Below are positions 1-8,736 of a stretch of 32,000 bases of DNA, piece after piece. A model generated the notes under the pieces. It was given only the letters and a program-made list of their open reading frames with translations, did not search any database and was not told the DNA's origin. Each line of letters opens with the position of its first letter. Position 1 is the stretch's first letter. This DNA is from Stappia sp. 28M-7 (GTDB lineage Bacteria; Pseudomonadota; Alphaproteobacteria; Rhizobiales; Stappiaceae). A program made the translations under genes and the position numbers. The stretch lies in contig NZ_JACMIA010000001.1 in the NCBI RefSeq assembly GCF_014252955.1, forward strand, positions 1,974,258 to 2,006,257, in the 5' to 3' direction.

Positions 1-341
1 GTCAAGGTGCCGAGGCGCGGGGCGAGGAAGGCGACGCCGAAACCGTCGGGCGCGCCGATCCGCACGGTGCCGGAGACTGCGACATCCGCATCGCCGATCT
101 CGGCGCGGGCCTCCAGCATCTCCGCCTCGATCCGCTCGGCGGTGGCGAGGAACCGCTCGCCGGCCGTCGTCAGCGCCGATCCGGTGGTGCGCCGGTCGAC
201 CAGCTTCACGCCGAGATCGTCCTCCAGCGCGCTGAGGCGGCGCGCCACCGTCGCGTGATTGACGCCGAGCGCTCTTGCGGCGGCCAGCAATTGTCCGCTG
301 CGCGCCACGGCGAGGAAAATGCGTGTATCGTCCCAGTTCAT
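1..341 (-). CDS. LysR-family transcriptional regulator, N-terminal part only (C-terminus lies beyond the left window edge)
   Basis: My reverse-complement translation from ATG (339-341) gives MNWDDTRIFLAVARSGQLLAAARALGVNHATVARRLSALEDDLGVKLVDRRTTGSALTTAGERFL... with no stop to the window edge. This is a typical LysR winged-HTH N-terminus. GGAG lies 7 nt upstream of the ATG. The gene is divergent from mmsA, the classic MmsR-mmsA arrangement. Confidence 0.8.
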   Translation of the reverse strand, partial: MNWDDTRIFLAVARSGQLLAAARALGVNHATVARRLSALEDDLGVKLVDRRTTGSALTTAGERFLATAERIEAEMLEARAEIGDADVAVSGTVRIGAPDGFGVAFLAPRLGTL

Positions 342-403
342 GCGCGTTCTCCGGCAGGCTTCGGGGGGCAGCTGCGGATCAGCGCTAGCATGGCTATAAA
401 TTT

Positions 404-437
404 CGCACAACGGATGCGGCTTTCCGCCTATTGTGCG
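404..437. promoter_or_regulatory. Inverted repeat CGCACAA-N20-TTGTGCG in the LysR/mmsA divergent intergenic region; candidate operator
   Basis: The 7-bp perfect arms were read directly at 404-410 and 431-437, between two divergent start codons (341 and 544). Function is inferred from position only. Confidence 0.25.
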
Positions 438-543
438 CAACAAAAAACGAAGGCATGACAGTGTCAGCCTCGAACGTGGCATCTGGCCGCGAGAAGCTGC
501 GCGCTCCATCGTGCGGGCTGCGCCACAAGGGAGAGAACGACCC

Positions 544-2043
544 ATGAAGACAATCGGACATTTCATCGGCGGCAAGCATGTCGAGGGCACCTCGGGCCGG
601 TTTGCCGACGTCTACAACCCGGCCACCGGTGAGGTTCAGGCCAAGGTGGCGCTCGCCTCGCAGGCAGAGCTGCGCGCCGCGGTCGAGAACGCCGCTGCCG
701 CCCAGCCGGCATGGGCCGCCCAGAACCCGCAGAAGCGCGCCCGCGTGCTGATGAAGTTCGTCGACCTGCTGCATCGCGACATGGACAAGCTCGCCGAGGC
801 GCTGTCGCGCGAGCACGGCAAGACCATTCCGGACGCCAAGGGCGACATCATCCGCGGTCTCGAGGTTGCCGAGTTCTGCATCGGCGCGCCGCACCTGCTG
901 AAGGGCGAGTTCACGGAAGGTGCGGGCCCCGGCATCGACATGTACTCCATGCGCCAGCCGCTGGGCGTCGTTGCCGGCATCACGCCGTTCAACTTCCCGG
1001 CGATGATCCCGATGTGGAAGTTCTGCCCGGCGATTGCCGCCGGCAACGCCTTCATCCTGAAGCCGTCGGAGCGTGACCCGTCCGTGCCGATGATGCTGGC
1101 CGAGCTGATGATCGAGGCGGGCCTGCCGGCCGGCGTCCTCAACGTCGTCAACGGCGACAAGGAAGCGGTCGACGGCGTCCTGGACGATCCGGACATCATG
1201 GCGGTCGGCTTCGTCGGCTCCACCTCCATCGCGGCCTACGTCTATTCGCGTGCCACCGCCAACGGCAAGCGCGCGCAGTGCTTCGGCGGCGCCAAGAACC
1301 ACATGATCATCATGCCGGATGCCGACATGGACCAGGCGGCCGATGCGCTGATCGGCGCCGGCTATGGTGCTGCCGGCGAGCGCTGCATGGCGATCTCGGT
1401 TGCCGTCCCGGTCGGCGAGGAAGCCGCCAACGCGCTGATGAAGCGCCTGATCCCGCGCGTCGAAGCGCTGAAGATCGGGCCTTACACCGCCGGCAACGAT
1501 GTCGACTTCGGCCCGCTCGTCACCGCCCAGGCGCTGGCTCGCGTCAAGGGCCTGGTCGACCAGGGCGTGAAGGAAGGCGCGACGCTCGCAGTCGACGGCC
1601 GCAACTTCACCATGCAGGGCTACGAGAACGGCTACTTCATGGGCGGCTGCCTGTTCGACAACGTCACCAAGGACATGTCGATCTACAAGGAAGAGATCTT
1701 CGGTCCGGTGCTCTCCGTCGTGCGCGCCAAGGACTATGACGAGGCGCTCGAGCTGCCGATGAGCCACGAATACGGCAACGGCACCGCGATCTTCACCCGC
1801 GACGGCGACACGGCCCGCGACTTCGCCAGCCGCATCAACATCGGCATGGTCGGCATCAACGTGCCGATCCCGGTGCCGCTCGCCTACCACACGTTCGGCG
1901 GCTGGAAGAAGTCCGGCTTCGGCGATCTCAACCAGCACGGCCCGGATGCGTTCCGCTTCTACACGCGGACGAAGACGGTGACCTCGCGCTGGCCGTCGGG
2001 CCTGAAGGACGGCGCCGAGTTCGTCATTCCGACCATGAAGTGA
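544..2043 (+). CDS. mmsA: CoA-acylating methylmalonate-semialdehyde dehydrogenase
   Basis: The ORF track frame 433-2043 is trimmed to ATG 544 (MKTIGHFIGGKHVEG...), preceded by AAGGGAGAG. Aldehyde dehydrogenase motifs are present (FNFPAMIPMWKF, VGFVGST, GERCMA catalytic Cys region, EEIFGPVL), and the N-terminus is MmsA-typical. Stop TGA at 2041-2043. Confidence 0.93.
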   Translation: MKTIGHFIGGKHVEGTSGRFADVYNPATGEVQAKVALASQAELRAAVENAAAAQPAWAAQNPQKRARVLMKFVDLLHRDMDKLAEALSREHGKTIPDAKGDIIRGLEVAEFCIGAPHLLKGEFTEGAGPGIDMYSMRQPLGVVAGITPFNFPAMIPMWKFCPAIAAGNAFILKPSERDPSVPMMLAELMIEAGLPAGVLNVVNGDKEAVDGVLDDPDIMAVGFVGSTSIAAYVYSRATANGKRAQCFGGAKNHMIIMPDADMDQAADALIGAGYGAAGERCMAISVAVPVGEEAANALMKRLIPRVEALKIGPYTAGNDVDFGPLVTAQALARVKGLVDQGVKEGATLAVDGRNFTMQGYENGYFMGGCLFDNVTKDMSIYKEEIFGPVLSVVRAKDYDEALELPMSHEYGNGTAIFTRDGDTARDFASRINIGMVGINVPIPVPLAYHTFGGWKKSGFGDLNQHGPDAFRFYTRTKTVTSRWPSGLKDGAEFVIPTMK

Positions 2044-2048
2044 GCCTT

Positions 2049-2072
2049 GGTCCGGCCCTTCGGGGCCGGACC
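2049..2072 (+). terminator. Perfect 10-bp GC-rich hairpin with TTCG tetraloop just after the mmsA stop; probable terminator or RNA-stabilising stem-loop (no U-tract)
   Basis: GGTCCGGCCC-TTCG-GGGCCGGACC was read directly, 6 nt after the stop codon. A second small hairpin, CGTGCC-GGT-GGCACG, follows at 2076-2090. Confidence 0.5.
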
Positions 2073-2413
2073 GATCGTGCCGGTGGCACGACCGCGAGTG
2101 CACGCGGGCGCCAGCCCGCGCCACGACCGCCACCCGGAAATATTGCGAAACCTGCTTCGGCCTGGCCGGGGCGGGTTTTTGTTTGCGCGAGGAGGGGAGC
2201 CGGTTGGCATGGCGCGGGAGCTTGAAAACGCTTCCTGATCCACCTGTCCGCCCGGCCTTCGGCGACACGTCCGCCTTGCTAAATATGCCGTGGCTTGTTT
2301 ACCTGTCGCCCAGGGGCAAACTGGGCTGGCATCGGGGTCGGGAGGCACTCTCCTCGTCGTCGGCGACTGGACGGAAAATTCACAGGTCGGGCAATACGGA
2401 AGCGAGTAGATTT

Positions 2414-3607
2414 ATGTCGAAGCGTGAAGTGGTGTTCCTGTCGGGGGTGCGTACGGCCATCGGGTCGTTCGGCGGTGCCTTGAAATCCGTGCCGCCGACC
2501 GAGCTCGGCGCCAAGGTCGCTGCCGAAGCTGTGCGCCGCTCGGGCGTCGAACCCCAAGAAATCGGCCATGTCGTCTTCGGCCATGTCATCAACACCGAGC
2601 CGCGCGACATGTATCTGGCGCGGGTTGCGGCAGTGGATGCCGGCATTCCGGTGGAAACCCCGGCGCTGACGCTGAACCGGCTTTGCGGTTCGGGCGCGCA
2701 GGCCATCGTCTCCGCCGCGCAGTCGATCCTGCTCGGCGATGCCGACTATGCGCTGGCGGGCGGCGCCGAATCCATGAGCCGTGCCCCGTTCTCCAGCCCC
2801 GGTGCCCGCTTCGGCGTGAAGATGGGCGATGCGGTGATGCACGACATGATGCTCGGCGCGCTGAATGATCCCTTCGGCGGCGGCCATATGGGCATCACGG
2901 CGGAGAATGTCGCCGCCCGCTACAACATCAGCCGCGAGGCGCAGGATTCGCTCGCGGTGGAGAGCCAGCATCGGGCGGGGCTCGCCATCCGGGACGGGCG
3001 CTTCAAGGAGCAGATCCTGCCGATCGAGGTGCAGGCCGGGCGCACCGCCGTCACCTTCGACACCGACGAGCATGTGCGGGCCGACACCTCGCCCTCGACG
3101 CTCAGCAGCCTGCGTCCGGTCTTCCGCAAGGACGGCTCGGTGACCGCCGGCAACTCGTCCGGCATCAATGACGGTGCGGCAGCGGTGGTGCTGGCCGACC
3201 GGGCGCTGGCGGAAGCGCGCGGGCTGAAGCCGATGGCCCGGCTGGTCGGCTATGCCCATGCGGGCGTCGAGCCGGACGTGATGGGCATCGGCCCGGTCCC
3301 GGCGGTGCAGAAGCTGTTCGAAAAGACCGGCCTCACGGCCGCCGATTTCGACCTCATCGAATCGAACGAGGCCTTCGCGGCGCAGGCCTGTGCGGTCATG
3401 CGCGAGCTCGGCTTCCCCTCCGACCGGGTCAACCCCAATGGCGGGGCCATCGCGCTTGGCCATCCGGTCGGCGCCACCGGCTGCATCATCACGGTCAAGG
3501 CGCTCTACGAGCTGGAGCGCACCGGCGGCCGCTACGGCCTGGTCACCATGTGCATCGGCGGCGGCCAGGGCATTGCGCTGGCCATCGAGAACCTGAACGT
3601 CGACTGA
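2414..3607 (+). CDS. Acetyl-CoA C-acetyltransferase / 3-ketoacyl-CoA thiolase
   Basis: Frame 2183-3607 is trimmed to ATG 2414 ([21 protein letters not shown]...). Thiolase signatures are present: [10 protein letters not shown] (active-site Cys), [30 protein letters not shown]. The upstream extension is Arg/Gly/Pro-rich and has no thiolase homology. Confidence 0.9.
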   Translation: MSKREVVFLSGVRTAIGSFGGALKSVPPTELGAKVAAEAVRRSGVEPQEIGHVVFGHVINTEPRDMYLARVAAVDAGIPVETPALTLNRLCGSGAQAIVSAAQSILLGDADYALAGGAESMSRAPFSSPGARFGVKMGDAVMHDMMLGALNDPFGGGHMGITAENVAARYNISREAQDSLAVESQHRAGLAIRDGRFKEQILPIEVQAGRTAVTFDTDEHVRADTSPSTLSSLRPVFRKDGSVTAGNSSGINDGAAAVVLADRALAEARGLKPMARLVGYAHAGVEPDVMGIGPVPAVQKLFEKTGLTAADFDLIESNEAFAAQACAVMRELGFPSDRVNPNGGAIALGHPVGATGCIITVKALYELERTGGRYGLVTMCIGGGQGIALAIENLNVD

Positions 3608-3615
3608 TCGGGCGC

Positions 3616-3644
3616 GGGGCCTTTTCCTTTGTTGAAAAGGCCCC
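3616..3644 (+). terminator. 10-bp stem hairpin after the thiolase stop; probable terminator
   Basis: GGGGCCTTTT-(9 nt loop)-AAAAGGCCCC was read directly, 9 nt after the stop. There is no clear U-tract. Confidence 0.5.
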
Positions 3645-3705
3645 ATCTGCCTGTCGGTCGCTGCCCGCCGCGGATAGGACGGGTGGGGCGTTGCGTTGCC
3701 CGATC

Positions 3706-4728
3706 ATGGAATCCAAGGACATGACCCTGTCGGCCCTGCGGCTTGCCGCCGCCCTTGTGCTCGTCCCGCTCGCGGGCGTTCCTTCCGCGCTCTCTCAAGC
3801 CGCTTTTCCTGACGGGGCTCCCTCCGGCGGGTTCTCTCTGTCGGACGGCGCGGACCATCCGCTCGCCGCGCGTGTCTGGTCCGTCGCAAGGTCCGCCTTC
3901 GTGCCGCCGGCCGAGGTCGAGCAGGTGGTCGCAGGCGCGCGCTTCGTGCTGCTCGGCGAGATCCACGACAACCCTGACCATCACGCGCTGCAGGCACGGC
4001 TGTTGGCGGCGGCGGCGGGGAAGGGCGCGCGCAAGCCCGCCGTGGTGCTGGAGATGCTGCCCCGCGACCGGCAGGGCGATGTCGATGCCTATCTCGTCGA
4101 GGGCAAGGGCACGGCGGAGGGTTTCGGCGAGGCACTTCGCTGGGCGGAGAGCGGCTGGCCGGATTATGCGATCTACCGGCCGGTGATCGAGGTCGCGGTC
4201 GCGCAGGGCTTGCCGGTCGTTGCCGGCGATACGCCGCGCGGCGAGCGCCGCAAGATCGCGGCGGAAGGCATGGCGGCGCTCGGCGCGGACGAGGTGGCGG
4301 CGCTGCGGCTTTCCGAGCCCTTGGGCGAGGCGGCGGACGGTGCCATGCTCGACACCCTGTTCGACGGGCATTGCGCAATGATGCCGCGCGAGGCGCTGAC
4401 CCCGCTCGTCGCCGTGCAGCGCCTGCGCGATGCAAGGCTTGCCGATGCGATGATTTCAGCGGGCGACGAAGGGGCTGTCCTGATCGCAGGCAGCGGCCAT
4501 GTCCGCAAGGATCTCGGCGTGCCGCGCTATCTCGAATGGCGGGCGCCGGACGCGAAGGCCGTTGCCGTCGGCTTCGTCGAGGTGAGGGAAGGCGAGAACG
4601 AGCCCTCGCTCTATGCGGGCGGAACCGCGGACCTTCCGCCCCCTTACGACTATCTCTGGTTCACGCCCCGCAAGGATCGCGGGGATCCTTGCGAGGAATT
4701 GAAGGAGCGGTTCGGCGGCAAGAAGTAA
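3706..4728 (+). CDS. ChaN-like (haem-binding uptake / Tiki superfamily, DUF399-type) secreted protein
   Basis: ATG 3706 (alternative ATG 3721) gives MESKDMTLSALRLAAALVLVPLAGVPSALSQAAF, a Sec-type signal peptide. FVLLGEIHDNPDHHALQ and VVLEML match my recollection of the ChaN/Cofac_haem_bdg family core. The family call is from memory, not from a search. Confidence 0.6.
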   Translation: MESKDMTLSALRLAAALVLVPLAGVPSALSQAAFPDGAPSGGFSLSDGADHPLAARVWSVARSAFVPPAEVEQVVAGARFVLLGEIHDNPDHHALQARLLAAAAGKGARKPAVVLEMLPRDRQGDVDAYLVEGKGTAEGFGEALRWAESGWPDYAIYRPVIEVAVAQGLPVVAGDTPRGERRKIAAEGMAALGADEVAALRLSEPLGEAADGAMLDTLFDGHCAMMPREALTPLVAVQRLRDARLADAMISAGDEGAVLIAGSGHVRKDLGVPRYLEWRAPDAKAVAVGFVEVREGENEPSLYAGGTADLPPPYDYLWFTPRKDRGDPCEELKERFGGKK

Positions 4729-4746
4729 GGGCCGCAGGCGAACGGC

Positions 4747-5073
4747 TCAGGGGGCCGGGGCGGCCGGTTGCGGCTGGGATGCCGGCGCCGCCACGGCGCC
4801 CGGACCCAGCAGGGCCAGATCGTAGCACTGCCGGATCTGCACGGCCTGGTCGGGCGTCAACTCCTGCCCCTGTACCGAGAATTCCTCGAACGTCACCTTG
4901 TAGTTCGAAGACGTGATGACCGAGTTTTGGGAGACGCGGTACGGCTTCGGCACATTGGCCTGCTCCACGCAATTTGCGTAAGCCATCAATTCCTTGGGGG
5001 CTTTTGCTCCGCCGCAGGCGGCAACCAGAGAGGCCGAGGCAAAAACAAGGGCAAGCGTAGTCAATCGGTGCAT
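4747..5073 (-). CDS. Small putative lipoprotein (108 aa), unknown function
   Basis: Within ORF 4747-5154(-), the start is placed at ATG 5071-5073 (MHRLTTLALVFASASLVAACGG), with a lipobox L-V-A-A-C and GGAAG 8 nt upstream. It has a Pro-rich C-terminus and no recognisable family. Confidence 0.5.
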   Translation of the reverse strand: MHRLTTLALVFASASLVAACGGAKAPKELMAYANCVEQANVPKPYRVSQNSVITSSNYKVTFEEFSVQGQELTPDQAVQIRQCYDLALLGPGAVAAPASQPQPAAPAP

Positions 5074-5190
5074 GCTGAACTTCCATGACATGAAATGAAA
5101 GACACTGTGACGGCCGCACCATAAGCGAGCATCGCCACGAGGTCTTCCCCTCATGTCATGTTTTTCGCCCGCCGTCAGGCGGCGGCGGGA

Positions 5191-7308
5191 TCAGCGCGAC
5201 GGGTCGCTGCCGGCGGCGGCAAGACGCGGCGTCTCGCCGGTCTCGTCGTCCGGGTCCTCGTCCTTGCGTGCGGCCGGGGCGTCGTCCTCGTCGTCGTCCT
5301 GGGCGTCGTCCTTCGTTGCCGCGCGCGGCGGAGCGGGCGGCCTCGGCGCCGGGGAACCGGCGGTGTCCGTCTGCGGCGCACCGGACGCCGGGCGCGCGTC
5401 CTGCGCGGCGGCTGCAGCCACCGCCGCAGACGGGGCCTCCGTTGCCTCCGGCCGGTCATAGGCGCTCTTGCGCCGTGCCAGCACCTTGGCCCGCGCCCGG
5501 TTGCGGCGGATGCGTCCGGCGATCCGGCGGGCGACCTTGTAGATGTCCTCGCGCGAGAAGAAGAAGGGCAGGGTCGGTTCCGCCGGCTCGACATGCTCGA
5601 CGGCAAGGCCGACGGCGGTGATGACGTGGTCGTCATCGATCGCGCGAACCACCAGGTCGATGTCGCCATAGGCGACGCGGTCGGTCGGCTCCACGTCGTC
5701 GCCGAGCTCGCGCATCATGAAGGCGCGCAAGGTCAGGTCCGCATCGCCCTTGTTGACGTGGAAGCCGTAGAGCGCGCCGAGCTCGGCCAGCCGGGTCTCC
5801 GGGTCGAGGTCGAAGTCGCCGAACAGCGCCGGGTCGTTCTCCTCCTGCGTCGCGGCGGCGAACAGCGTGTCGAGCACCGGCACCTGGCGCGGGCTGGCGA
5901 GGATGTAGAGCCGGTCGCCGGGCTGCGGCTTGCCGGCCTTCTGCAGGCGGATGTTGCGGCCCTCGCGCAGGATCAGCACCGGCCGCGCCCAGCGGGGAAT
6001 ACGCTCGCCCCGGGCGACCGGGCTCGCCGGATGGACGGTGTAGCCGACCAGTTCCAGGTCCTGGCCGCCGGGCAGCTCCAGCTCGATACGGTCGACCGGC
6101 CCCATGCGCGCGGGCACGGTCAGCTTCAGCCAGCGCGCCATGGGGCGGATCGTCCAGCCCTGCAGCACCAGCGAGGTCAGCACGATGAGGAACGTGACGT
6201 TGAAGATCTCCTGCGCGTTCGGCAGGCCGGAAATCAGCGGCAGGATGGCGAGCAGGATCGACACGGCTCCGCGCAGACCCACCCAGGACACGAAGGCGAT
6301 CTCGCTGCGGGAAAAGCCGAAGGGCATCAGGCACAGCCAGACCGCGAAGGGGCGGGCGAGGAAGATCAGCACGGCGGCAAGGCCGAAGCCCTGCACCGCC
6401 ACGTCGCCGAACTGCGAGGGCGCCGCCAGCAGGCCGAGCGTGACGAACATGCCGATCTGGCTGAGCCAGGTCGTGCCGCCCTGGAACTTCTTGAGCGAAG
6501 GCTGCTGGCGCATGCGGACATTGCCGCACAGGATGCCGGCGACATAGACCGCCAGGAAGCCGCTGCCGCCGACCAGGGTGGTCACGGTCATCAAGACCAG
6601 CGCCAGCGCCAGCACCAGGATGGGATAGAGCGCGGCTTCGAGCTTGATGCGATTGACGATCTGGACGATGGCATAGCCGCCGGCCAGGCCCGCCAGCAGG
6701 CCGAGGCCCATCTGCCGGACGAATTCCAGGATCATCTCGGCGCCGGCCGCCGCATCCGCTTCCATCGAGCCGGCGGTGATCATGCCGATCAGCGTCACCG
6801 TGAGGAAGATGGCCATGGGGTCGTTCGAGCCGGATTCGACTTCCAGCGTCGCGGAGATCATCTCGCGCAGGTTCACCCCGCCGACCCGAAGCAGGAAGAA
6901 CACCGCGGCCGCGTCGGTCGAGCCGACGATAGCGCCGAGCAGCAGCCCGTCGGTCCAGGCCCATCCGAACAGGTAGTGCGCCGCCGCGCCGACGACGCCC
7001 GCCGTCAGCACCACGCCCAGGGTCGCCAGCGCCACGGCGGGCGCTGCGGCCAGGCGGAACGTCGCCAGCCGGGTGCGGAATCCACTGTCGAACAGGATGA
7101 AGGTGAGGGCGATGGAACCGATGAAATAGGCGGCCCGGGTGTCGGAGAAGGCGATGCCGCCCGGTCCGTCCTCGCCGGCGGCAAGGCCGACCACGAGGAA
7201 CACCAGCAGCAACGGGGCGCCGATACGGAAGCTCACCAGCGATGTGAACACCGAAAGGGCGACGAGCCCGGCGGCGATCAGGATCAGCAGGTTGAGCGTC
7301 TCGAACAT
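5191..7308 (-). CDS. nhaP2: K+/H+ antiporter of the NhaP2/CvrA family (Na_H_exchanger + TrkA-C) with a long acidic/Pro-rich C-terminal tail
   Basis: The 705-aa ORF starts MFETLNLLILIAAGLVALSVF... It has multiple TM segments, LEVESGSNDPMAIFL and GLRGAVSI motifs typical of CPA1 NhaP2, and a C-terminal soluble RCK/TrkA-C-like part (GDRLYILASPRQ). Confidence 0.85.
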   Translation of the reverse strand: MFETLNLLILIAAGLVALSVFTSLVSFRIGAPLLLVFLVVGLAAGEDGPGGIAFSDTRAAYFIGSIALTFILFDSGFRTRLATFRLAAAPAVALATLGVVLTAGVVGAAAHYLFGWAWTDGLLLGAIVGSTDAAAVFFLLRVGGVNLREMISATLEVESGSNDPMAIFLTVTLIGMITAGSMEADAAAGAEMILEFVRQMGLGLLAGLAGGYAIVQIVNRIKLEAALYPILVLALALVLMTVTTLVGGSGFLAVYVAGILCGNVRMRQQPSLKKFQGGTTWLSQIGMFVTLGLLAAPSQFGDVAVQGFGLAAVLIFLARPFAVWLCLMPFGFSRSEIAFVSWVGLRGAVSILLAILPLISGLPNAQEIFNVTFLIVLTSLVLQGWTIRPMARWLKLTVPARMGPVDRIELELPGGQDLELVGYTVHPASPVARGERIPRWARPVLILREGRNIRLQKAGKPQPGDRLYILASPRQVPVLDTLFAAATQEENDPALFGDFDLDPETRLAELGALYGFHVNKGDADLTLRAFMMRELGDDVEPTDRVAYGDIDLVVRAIDDDHVITAVGLAVEHVEPAEPTLPFFFSREDIYKVARRIAGRIRRNRARAKVLARRKSAYDRPEATEAPSAAVAAAAAQDARPASGAPQTDTAGSPAPRPPAPPRAATKDDAQDDDEDDAPAARKDEDPDDETGETPRLAAAGSDPSR

Positions 7309-7433
7309 CGGCGGGCATTCTCCGGGCGCGTGCGATCGCGCCGTGTCTGGACCGTGACGACCTCTCGGTTATCGGCAAATCGCGCCCGAAGCGGGGCGTA
7401 CCACCGGTATTGTATTGATATGAGTTAAAAAAA

Positions 7434-7454
7434 TGGCGGTGCCAGGCACCGCCA
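7434..7454 (-). terminator. Rho-independent terminator for the saccharopine-dehydrogenase-family gene (bidirectional geometry)
   Basis: TGGCGGTGC-CAG-GCACCGCCA is a 9-bp perfect stem. The A7 run at 7427-7433 abuts the stem, giving a U7 tail on the minus-strand RNA. A T6 run at 7459-7464 lies on the plus side. The hairpin sits 26 nt downstream of the minus-strand stop at 7480. Confidence 0.75.
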
Positions 7455-7479
7455 CGCGTTTTTTGCAAACTTTTCCGCC

Positions 7480-8610
7480 TCACGCTGCCGCGCGTCGTGC
7501 CCCCGCCGGTGCGGCGCCGATCGCGCCACTGTCCTGGCCATAGGCGCGGCCGAAGCGGTTGGCGAGGAAGGCGTGGAGCGGGATTGCCTCCTGCGTGACG
7601 AAGCCGCGTGCCGGCAGCGTGCCGTCGCGCAGCATGTCCAGCGTCGCGCAGATGCCCGACGCGGTGGTGATCTGGATCGCGCTCCAGGTCTCGCCGCCGA
7701 CATCCTGCGCCGTCACCCGGTAGACCGCCGACATCTGCTCGCGCTGGTCGCCGCGCCGGCCCGAGGCGGTGATGAACACCAGCACCACGTCCTGCCGGGT
7801 GATCGGCACCGCCGTCTCCAGCACGTCGCGCATCAGGTCGCGCCGGTCCTTCAGGCCGAGGTCTGTCAGCAGCAGCCGCATGATGTCGCGGTGGCCGGGA
7901 TAGCGCACGGTGAGGTAGCGCAGGTTCCGCACCCGGCCCTGCAGCGTCTCGGCTAGCGAGCCGAGCCCGCCGGAGGTGTTGAACGCCTCGTAGTCGACGC
8001 CGTCCAGCGAGAAGGTCTCGTAGCCTTCCAGCGGCTGCAGCAGCGTCCGTTCGCCGTCCAGCACCGCCTCGCACGGATTGCAGTACTCGTTGATCAAGCC
8101 GTCCGTCGACCAGGTTAGATTGTATTTCAGCGCGTTCGTCGGGTAGCGGGGCAGGGCGCCGACCCGCAGGGTCAGGTTCTCCAGTGTGTCGAAGCGGCCG
8201 GCAAGGTCGTGCGCGGCGATGGAGACGAAGCCCGGTGCCAGGCCGCATTGCGGGGCAAAGGCCGTTTCCGCGTCCTGCGCCAGCTCTCTCACGGCCTTGG
8301 TCGAGGCGACGTCCTCGGTCAGGTCGAGATAATGCGCCCCGGCGCGCTTCGCGGCACGCGCGATGGTCTGGGTGAGGAAGAACGGGGCGGCCGACAGCAC
8401 CGCGCGGTGCCCGGCAAGCGCCTCTACCAGCGCCTCCTCGTCGGCGACATCCACTTGCGCAATGGCCACATCCGGGCGCCGTGCGGCGGCCAGCGCCGCC
8501 GCATCCCGGTCGGCGATGGTCACGCGGTAGTCGCCCGTCGCGGCGAGCAGGGCGGCGATGGTGCGGCCGATCTTTCCCGCACCAATGATCAGCACCGGCC
8601 AGACAGTCAT
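7480..8610 (-). CDS. Saccharopine dehydrogenase family NAD(P)-binding oxidoreductase
   Basis: The 376-aa ORF has an N-terminal Rossmann motif [14 protein letters not shown] and motifs [31 protein letters not shown] typical of the saccharopine dehydrogenase (Sacchrp_dh) family. GAGGAG RBS lies upstream of ATG 8610. Confidence 0.8.
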   Translation of the reverse strand: MTVWPVLIIGAGKIGRTIAALLAATGDYRVTIADRDAAALAAARRPDVAIAQVDVADEEALVEALAGHRAVLSAAPFFLTQTIARAAKRAGAHYLDLTEDVASTKAVRELAQDAETAFAPQCGLAPGFVSIAAHDLAGRFDTLENLTLRVGALPRYPTNALKYNLTWSTDGLINEYCNPCEAVLDGERTLLQPLEGYETFSLDGVDYEAFNTSGGLGSLAETLQGRVRNLRYLTVRYPGHRDIMRLLLTDLGLKDRRDLMRDVLETAVPITRQDVVLVFITASGRRGDQREQMSAVYRVTAQDVGGETWSAIQITTASGICATLDMLRDGTLPARGFVTQEAIPLHAFLANRFGRAYGQDSGAIGAAPAGARRAAA

Positions 8611-8701
8611 GACGAAAATCTCCTCTGGATATTGTTTCCATGAGGATATCTCGGCTCATGTCCGGGCATCAGGGCACAGTGCGTCGATTCTGACGCCGTT
8701 T

Positions 8702-8736
8702 CCGGCAATATGACGGAGTTTCCGTCTATATGCCGG
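8702..8736 (-). other. Composite hairpin spanning the AraC-gene stop codon (6-bp outer stem, 4x4 internal loop, 6-bp inner stem)
   Basis: CCGGCA-ATAT-GACGGA-GTT-TCCGTC-TATA-TGCCGG was read directly. The stop codon (8726-8728 on the minus strand) lies inside it. No U-tract follows on the minus strand. Confidence 0.3.

Noticed and set aside
394-2268. 624-aa minus-strand ORF opposite mmsA.
   Set aside because: It is antisense to an unambiguous aldehyde dehydrogenase frame and has low-complexity composition.
2183-2413. Long N-terminal extension of the thiolase ORF; likewise 3550-3705 for the ChaN-like gene, 5074-5154 for the lipoprotein, 29192-29245 for the reductase and 30336-30359 (TTG) for the MT-TE.
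   Set aside because: The extensions lack family homology and RBSs. Internal ATG codons with Shine-Dalgarno sequences match the conserved N-termini.
5155-5190. GC-rich imperfect hairpin just downstream of the antiporter stop (minus strand) as a terminator.
   Set aside because: The stem is short and imperfect and is followed by an A-run rather than a U-run on the transcribed strand. This is not convincing.
5158-8659. 756-aa (+, 5158-7428) and 1008-aa (-, 5633-8659) ORFs overlapping the antiporter and saccharopine dehydrogenase genes.
   Set aside because: Same shadow-frame composition. The 1008-aa ORF would run through a strong terminator and an intergenic region. The annotated frames have clear family motifs and RBSs.
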